A DNA stretch of 64,000 nucleotides. Source: a virus (lineage: Duplodnaviria > Caudoviricetes). The notes under the pieces were generated by a model, which saw only the letters and a program-made list of their open reading frames with translations, did no database searches and was not told the origin of the DNA. Below, one piece after another: positions 53,001 through 62,000 of the stretch; positions within the stretch are counted from its first letter, which is position 1; each line of letters opens with the position of its first letter. The stretch lies in IMG/VR virus record IMGVR_UViG_3300005077_000001, positions 64,001-128,000 of that record. One strand, given 5' to 3'. The position numbers and the translations under genes were made by a program.

Positions 53001-56000
53001 TGGTATGACCGCTGGAGAAGCTGTGATGAGGGCGCTATCTAATAGTATGGGCCCACGTGGTAAAGCGTTGATGTCTGTAGTAGGCTTGATTGGAGGGGGC
53101 ATTGCAGGAGGAGCATTCGGTGGTCGTATTGGGGGGATAGCTGAGAATTTGGTATTCAAACTTTTTGGTGAAAAACCTGATGACCACCAAAAAATACAAT
53201 CTTGGAAAGATCGTAAGAAGCAACTAGAAGATGAAAAGAATTCTTTAGTAGCAGTTACTCCAGATCGAAGCTATGCTCCAGTTTCTTCATTAGAAAGACC
53301 TTGGATAACTCCAGCAGAAATAAGAGGGTCTATTGCTCCCAATTTAGTAGGAAAACCACTAGATGCTTACATTAAATCTTTTAAGCAACTACAAGCAGAA
53401 GCATCAGAAAATATCCGAACTTCAGACGTTAATAAGTCTCAAAAGGCTTTAATAAAAACTACCTCAGATTTTTATTTAAACCGAGTGATAGAATCAAGAA
53501 ATGAACTAGAAGCCGCTGAAAATAACCAGTCTCCTAAATACGTTGTAGATCAGATTAAAAAGCAGATAGATGAATACATGATTAAATACGTATCTAATGT
53601 TATTAGTGCTTCTATGACTGGGGAAATCCACCCACTATCTGACCCATATAGGGTTAAAAAAACTGGAGGATTTGTTGGCGTAGATGATGCAAAAGCTGTG
53701 GCTTTAGGTAGGTCTCCTTCATTTGAAAAAGTTGTTAACCCGGAAAATTTCTATGTATCCGGTATGAGCAATTTATCTAAAAACATTATAGGTTCTATGA
53801 GAGATTTATCAGTATCCAACATTAGTCCTAACTCTGTATACAAAGAATTGATTAATACATTATTTACTACTTCTACAGATATCCCTAAAGATCTTTCAAA
53901 TATACATGCCTATTTAAAGATGTATACCTCTGAATTAGGGAAGAACCCTAACATTGATGTAAACAGATTGAGATATTGGAAGTCCTTAGAGGAATTATTT
54001 AGAACACCAGCAAAATCTATTAGACAGTATGGTAGATTTGATTTTCAAGGATTTGGGAGTATTGAATCTAATGCTCCAGTTGAAGAATTATCTCCTACTC
54101 AAAATCGTGGATCTAAATTTTGGAGAGGAATGTCTATATTTGGGGGTGCTTTGGTTGGGGCTAATGCTCTTGGGATGAATCCATTTGTGGCTCCTGTAGG
54201 AATGGTAGCGGGCGGTATATTTGGAAATTACCTATACAATAGACATCTTGCTAAAAAACAAAAACAAGAAGAAGAAGTAGTGGATGTTCAATCTAATGCT
54301 CCAGTTTCTGATACGAGATCTTATTTGAAATTAATATTAGGAGAATTAGCAGGAGCTAGTATAGGTGGCGTTCTAGCTGCTTTAGCTTCTGGAGGTAATC
54401 CTTTATTTACCAGTTTAGGTGCTGGAGTAGGTTTGTACGCTGGTAATAAGCTTACCAAGAAATATGTAATTCCACAAGAAATGGATATTCAATCAGCGGC
54501 TCCTATAAATATGGGCGGATTGCCTATCGATATGCAGTTTAAGCAAAATCAATTAATGCTTGATTACTACAAAAAAATGATAGCATCTAGTTCTTCTATT
54601 AAAGAAGGTACTATAATACCTATTGATCTAAAAGTTAAAGATGAGGCAGGTCAAGTACTTAGTAATATACGAGCAGATTTAAAGAAAACCTCAAATAGCG
54701 CAGAGGGGGTTATTACTACTTTTACAGATTTAAATAAAGTATTAGCTCAGAAAAATACGCTATGGGGTGCAATAGAACTAACTAGCCAATATGTTGCTGC
54801 TGGTGCTGGAGTAGGAGCAGTAATTAAAGAGTTTACAAATATGATTTCTACTATCACCAGTGTAGACGCAGCAATGTATGGTTTAGCACGCCTAATGGAC
54901 CCTGCAATATCAAATTTTGATAAATTAAGATCAGTTGCATTTGAAATGTCTAAACAATATGGAACTAGTATTGTTGAAGTCATTGAATCTATGAAAGTAT
55001 ATGGTCAGCAAGGTCTAAAGCAAGCTGAAATTATTGATATGACACGAGCTTCTATAATGATGGCAAATGTATCAGAAATGAAAGCTACAGAAGTAACTGA
55101 ATTGATGACTTCTGCCACTAAACAATTTGGAGATCAAGTAAGATCTACTATGGCATTTGTTGATGCATGGGTTAAAGTTGACACTGAGCATGCTATTACT
55201 TCACAACAATTAGGACAAGCATTATTACGAGTTGGTGCGGCGGCTAAAACTGCTGGTATGTCTTTTCATGAATTAAACGGTGTTGTTACTGCTATCGGAT
55301 CTGTAACTAGACAAACAGGTAGAGAGATAGGTACTTCGTTAAGATTCATTTTACGTAATATAGAAACTTCTGCAGTTAAAAATAAATTAAGAGATCTATT
55401 TCAAATTGATACCCTGTTGCCAAGTGGTGCTATAAAACCCGCATTTGCTCTGTTAGGGGAATTACAACAAAAATGGGGCACTATAACAAACGCTGAACAA
55501 ATGAATCTTGCTCAAATGATTGCTGGTGCAAGACACTACAATGCTTTTACTGTTTTAATGAATAATTTTCAAGAAGCTTTAGAAGCTACATCAGATTCTT
55601 TAAATTCAAAAGGTGATGCAGAAAAAAGAAATTACATTTTAATGCAAAGCTTAGAGAAAAAAATGCAGCAACTTCGTGGAGCAGCTAGTGAATTATATAC
55701 TGAATTCGGTAAATTAGCATTAGGACCAATGAAGTTCATGGCTGATTCAACAAAAGCTTTGATTGAGGGTTTTACTAGTTTACCTGATTCAATAAAAACA
55801 TCAGTTATGGCAATAGGTGCATTCACTGTTTATGCATCAAAAATAGAGAGAATTACTAGTATACTTGGAGGTATTGGTGAGGCAAGTGGTCTTTCTGGTA
55901 TTGTGAATACTTTTGGCCAATTCTCTATCAGTCCTATTTCTAGCATAATATATTCTTTTGATTCATTAAAAGGTGTTAATTCCTTAAGCCAAGTTAATAC

Positions 56001-59000
56001 AACTTTAGGAAAAATGCTTTTCCTAATAAAATCAGTAGCAGATAGCTTTCTTCATGCAGGAGCTTCTGCTTTTAGCTTCGTGCATACTGCTGCTAGATTA
56101 ACTTCCCTTTTTAGTATTGGGGCTTTCATTAGTAGCGGGTTTAATCCTACAGCTTTACTTCCTCTTCTTGTAACTAGAGGACCTGTACTCGGTTGGGGTG
56201 CTAGAAGGATGTCTAATCTGATGAATCAAGGTACTGAGGGGATACTAGAAAAAGTCTCTTCTCCTACTGGGTTATTAGGCATTGGCTTAACTTATGTCTT
56301 AACTAGGTTAGCAGGTTTAAATACTGGTATGCTAAGTAGAGAAGGGATGGGTATTGGTGATACTATTAAACAACTATTCATTGGACCAGAAGCTGAATTA
56401 AATAGATACAAAGAGCAAACTGTTCAAATAGGGGGAGCTTCTACTCGCATATCTTATCTAAGTGATGTGCTTAAATCTTATACTGCTCTCAAAGGTCAAT
56501 ACAAGTCTTTATCTGAAATAGGTGTAAAGTTAGGGACTCCTGAAGGCATTACTTCTGAGGCCGAGCGAACATTATCATCTTTTGGGGAAGAAACTGGATT
56601 TAAACCATACATGGTTCGCTTATATGAGTTTAATAAACTACAAGAGGAAGCTAAGAGAAAAGCTGGTTCTTTGATTCCTTCTTTAGTATCTGGATTTGAT
56701 TTGTTTGGTAATTCTATACTTCAAGTTAATAAAAATTTCCGTACTAACATAGAATCTATGGATGAGCTACTAAAGAAAATACAAGACTTTGAAAAGATAC
56801 ACCTTGCCGGATTACAAATAGATAAACTATTCCCCGAAGCCAGCTTTGGACAAACATTTAGAAATACTTTAAAAGGACTAGTTGGAACTTTACCTTTTAT
56901 GGGAGAAACTTGGGCTGAGAAAATATTCCCCGCTACACCATACCAAAAACAGCAATCTATTTTGAAAGATATATCACGTTATCAGGGTATGCAGAATGCT
57001 GCATTAGCGACTGGATTACCTGTGCCTCCTTTTATCACTGATACTTTAAAAAATCTTAATAATAAGTTAAAAATGGTTAATTCAGAATTAGATTCGGAAT
57101 TAGCAAAGATTAAAGATACTATTGCTGATCTTAATGTGAAGACTCCTAAAGAGGTACTATCCGTATTATCAGATACTAAATTCGGGAAATATTTAGAAGT
57201 ATATGGTGGAAGAAATATGGATGTGCTTAATGCGGTGGCTGGATATAGAGGTATTTCTACACGGGATCTACAGAAGCAGCTAGTTCAGGATACTACAAAG
57301 TATGAATATATGCATATTGATAAACAGCCTGGTATTGCAAGTATCTTATCATTTCCTGCTTTCTACGGATTTTCTAGAATTCTATCTAAAGTTGTAGAGC
57401 ATTTTACTTCTCTTTCACTAGCTTCTTCTAATTTAGGAAAAGCTCTATTGCTTGCAACATCTGCAGCCGCAAGTTACCATTTTTTTGGAACACCTGAACA
57501 TTATTCATTAATGAAAAGTAGACCAACAGTTGAAGATACTTTAACTCCAGCAATTAATAATGTTAAAAATTTATTACCGTATATTACAGCTATTGGAACA
57601 TACAAAGCATTAGGAGCTATAGGCGGAGGTGGAGGAACAATACCTCAAAGGATTGTGGGAGGATTAGCGAGATTAGGGGTATCCTACTATATGTATGGGG
57701 TGGGAGGGAGATTAGCAGAAGGGATACCAAATCTACCTACAGAATCAGATAGAGTAAGAGGTATTAAAAATGAAATAGCGCAACGTCAGGCTTGGGAATT
57801 AGCAATGGGTAAATTAGGTATTGCTAAAGAAGCCATATATGGGCCTCCAGGTACTTTAGGGGCTATGCTGCCATTAAATGTTATTGCTGCTCAAAACCCA
57901 CTAGGCAGGTATGCTGTTCGTACAACTGCTCTGAATGAAGAAGATAGAAAATTAGCTGAAAAAAGAATGTTTTCTGGTCCTGGTTGGAATGGTGGAGCCT
58001 ACGGGGTAGGTGCCGGATGGGTAGGCAAAGTATTAGAAGAAGAACTAAATAAGCTGTCAGGAGTATCTGAGGGTGATGTTGTCATGATGGCAGAACTCAC
58101 TGATGTGGCTAAGAAGAGAGAGAATATTGTAAATAATTTACTACCACTAATTTATAGACGTAATAAAGCAGGTGAAGTAGTTCCTACCGTACAAGCTCAA
58201 AGGGAAGGTGAAATTCAAGCTTCAGAAATACAAATAAAACCAGAAGATTTAAAATTTCTATATTCACGTGGCCCAGGAGCAGCAGTTGATATGCGTACGG
58301 CATATGATCAGTTGAGGCGTACCTTAATTGGTGGTGCTGGTGCTGGGAAATACTGGACTCTAAGTGGAGCAGAGAAATTACAAATGGGGGTAGATTTTAT
58401 TTGGCAAGTACATGGATATGACAAGGCTATCACAAATCTATCAAAAACTTCATTAGTTATACATGAAATAGAAAAACAATTACAGGCTTTTTCTAAAGAA
58501 CAAATAGAAACAGCTCGGGCTCAAAACGATTTAAACAAAGTAATGGACGTAATTTTTGAGCATCGCAAATTGACATTCTTAGTTAGAATGAACCAAGAAT
58601 GGGAGAACTTAAAGAACACTATTGGTGAAATAGATTTTAAACGTCAAATGAGCGATGTTGATGAGTTTGCTACTATGCTAGAAAAAAGAGCTGCTATTGG
58701 ATTAAAAAGCATTTCGGCTGGCTTACCTCCTCAGGTTCCAATGGTAGCAAGTTGGAGTCAACTATCTCCAGAAGAACAAAAGTCTGTTCTAAGTCCAGAG
58801 TATACAGGCACAGCAAAATTAGCATGGGAAGTACAAAAATATCAAACTGATACAGCAGCAAAACTAAGAGCTACTCTAAGAACTGAACAAACAGGGGTTG
58901 CTTTATATGAGCAATTGAAAGAGGATTTAGGGCCTAATCTGAATGTGGCATTAAGTGGTAGAACTAGAAGAGCCCTCCAAAGTGATTTTGGTAGTAAAGT

Positions 59001-62000
59001 ATCTCCAGATAGAGTTTTTTCTGAGATACAGAGAAATCTATTAAGTGCTAATCTAACGGAACAGATGAAAGTAAATCAAGGTGCTTTCAATCTGAGTAAT
59101 CAAGAATTAGTAAATACGGTAGCAACTAATATGTCTCAAGTACGTGAGATTCAGAAGAGAGTTGCGGAAGGAGCTAAAGATCCTAAGATACTTGAAATGG
59201 AAGCAGATCTAAGAACAAGAAATGCTCAGATGTGGGTTAATGAACTAAAAAATAGACAATCAGTTTCACCAGAGGATTTTTCAGGGGTTAGTAAAGAATT
59301 ACTTGAAGGTTTTATTCATGAAATGGAAACTGAGGCAAAAAAACCGTTACCCTTTAGCTGGTGGAGATTATTGAACCCATGGGCATCGAATGAACCTGCA
59401 ATGCAAGCACAGAAAGCTAAGGATTTATTAGCAGCTAGACCAGAATCTACTTTTGATAAACCTATTGAAATGTTGGGGTCTATAGCTAGTTTATGGGTTG
59501 GAGAAAAAGTAGCTGGATTAATGTTTAAGCAAACTGGTCCGGCTGGGCTAGAGCAATTAGTTAAAAATATGGATAAAAGTAAGACGTGGGAGAGGGAAGT
59601 TATGCTAACTCAATCCCAATTTTTACGAGATATAGCAGAAAACACAGGTAAATTAGCAGGGACTCCTTCTCAGTCATATGGGCCTGGTACAGTACCAGGA
59701 CGTGGAAGCTACTCAGTTTTAAGCTCAGGATTGCAATTAGCTGGAGCTACAGCGGGTGGTTTTCTACTTTATTCTCTTGGTCAGCGTTTATCACAATCTA
59801 CCAGTACTGTTGGTAGTGCAATTGGGTCTTTAATCAATTTATTATTTAAAACAGCTAATGCAACAGGTACTTTTGGTAAGTGGTTAGGAAGACTTGGTCC
59901 TATTATGTCTGGTTTAGCGACTGCATACGTAGCACACCAATCTGGCATTGGTAAAGTGGATTCACTTATTGGAGGTGCATTAAATGCAGGTTCTGCTGCA
60001 TTAGGAGGTATAGGCTTAGGATTAATACACCCTGCTTTAGCAATTCCTGGTGGAGTGCTTGGTAGCATGGTAGGTAGTGGTTTATCAGATCTTTATTATC
60101 GTATTAGAGGGTATGATTTAAATGCAATAAAGGGAGTCGAAGGACAAGCAGCTTCTCCTGGACAGGAGTTAACTAATCCATATGCAAATATGCAAAGCAT
60201 ACAAGCCAATGTGCCTGATAGTATGTATAGTACTTTGGCGCGTATCGCTACTACAGGACTTGTTGCGGGGGCAGTTAAATCTAATGTTTTTGATGTGTAT
60301 TCTGAATATCGTAAACGTGGGATGGAAGAAGAAGTTGGAGCATTCCAATTAACTGCTGTTGCTCAACTGATTGGTCGCGATAAAAATGTGAATACTAAAT
60401 TCAAAGAATTTATAGAGAGTAAAGACTTAAAAAATAAAGATGAGCTATCCAATTTTATTAAACAAGCCGAAAAAGAAATGGGTCTTGGTAAAGAACCAGC
60501 AAATAGAGAAAATTTTCAAACTGATTTACAAAAATTTATTAATAATCTAGTGTCACAATTAAAAGAAACTCCTGAATTTCTTAATGAATTTGCTGAATCT
60601 ATCTCTTTTACAATGGCTAAGATGAATGAGTTTGCTGAGGGACTTAGATCAGTATCAACTACTTTAGGTGGATTACATGCTATTTCTAGAACAGTTCCTT
60701 ATGAGTTGGAAGCTAATGCTCCTAGATTTGGTTTCTTAGCCGGTCGTGGTGGTCCTGAGATATCCAGAGAGAAAGAGTTATGGCAATTATCTCCTACCGA
60801 TCTTTTTAAGTTAAGAGATACACAAGGTTTATATACTAAATATGTAACAGTACAAAAACAATTATCTGAATCTGGTAATTCTTGGGTAAAAGCAGTAGAG
60901 GATTATAATAAACAACAACGGGATATGGCTGCTCCTATTTTAGGAATTAGATATGAACTAAATAAAACAAAAAGGAATGTAGATCCAAAATATAGAGAAT
61001 TCATAGATGATTTAGCTAAATTCGTTGAAAATCCAGATCGTAATAGAGCTGAAACCATAGATTTTAGAAAAAGAGCAGTTGAATTAGAAGAGGCCGGGAT
61101 CAAAATAAAAAGATATAATTTAACTTGGAATAAAATTATGGAGGGGCAATCTCCTCGTAAACAGTTTGAAGCTTATTTTTCTGAGGAATCAGCTAACACA
61201 AGAATAAAACAACTACAAGTAGAATCTGGTACAGCTTCTAATCCAGAACAAGCAAAAGAATATGCTGCAGCAGCTGAAAGATTACGTGCTGAAGTTGAAA
61301 CTAAAAAGAAAGAAGAAGGGCAAAGTCCGCTTAGTTTATTCAGAGATGTGATGGTTAATTTAGAAAAAGAAGGAGGATTACTCAATACAATAAAGAATGC
61401 TAAAGAGCAAACTCTTCAAATCACAAAAGCATATATAGATTTAAATACGCAAATAGATTCAGAAATATTAAAAACAGAGCATTTAAATAAACTATATACT
61501 ACTAGATATGAACTTTTACAATCTATAATTTCATTGAGGCCTGGGGGATCTATAATTGAAGAAATTAAACGGCAAGGGCCTCTATTTGGACCATTGGCAG
61601 GTACAACTCCTTGGTCACAAAATGTTATTCCAGAGAATCTTGGAAAACCTTTTTCTTATGAAAACTACATGTCAGTTCTTTATCCACAACTCTCTGAGGA
61701 AATGACTTCCATACAAAGAAGAAAAGACGCTATATCAAAAGCAATGCAAACAGCTGCTCAGGAATCAGAAAAAGCTCAAACTGGAGAAACATTTTATAGG
61801 GAAGCTTTATCCGCTGTTACTACTGGTAAAGGACCTATGGATATATTGCAATTACAACCTAAAGGTGCAATGCTGAAACAGGCCATTTTTGAAGATACTA
61901 AACGAATGCGGGAAGAGCTTAAAGAGTCTAAAGAAACTAAAAAAGACTATGAGAAACAAATGGCTGATCTTAAGATACCTGCTGGATTCAAAGAGAGTGA

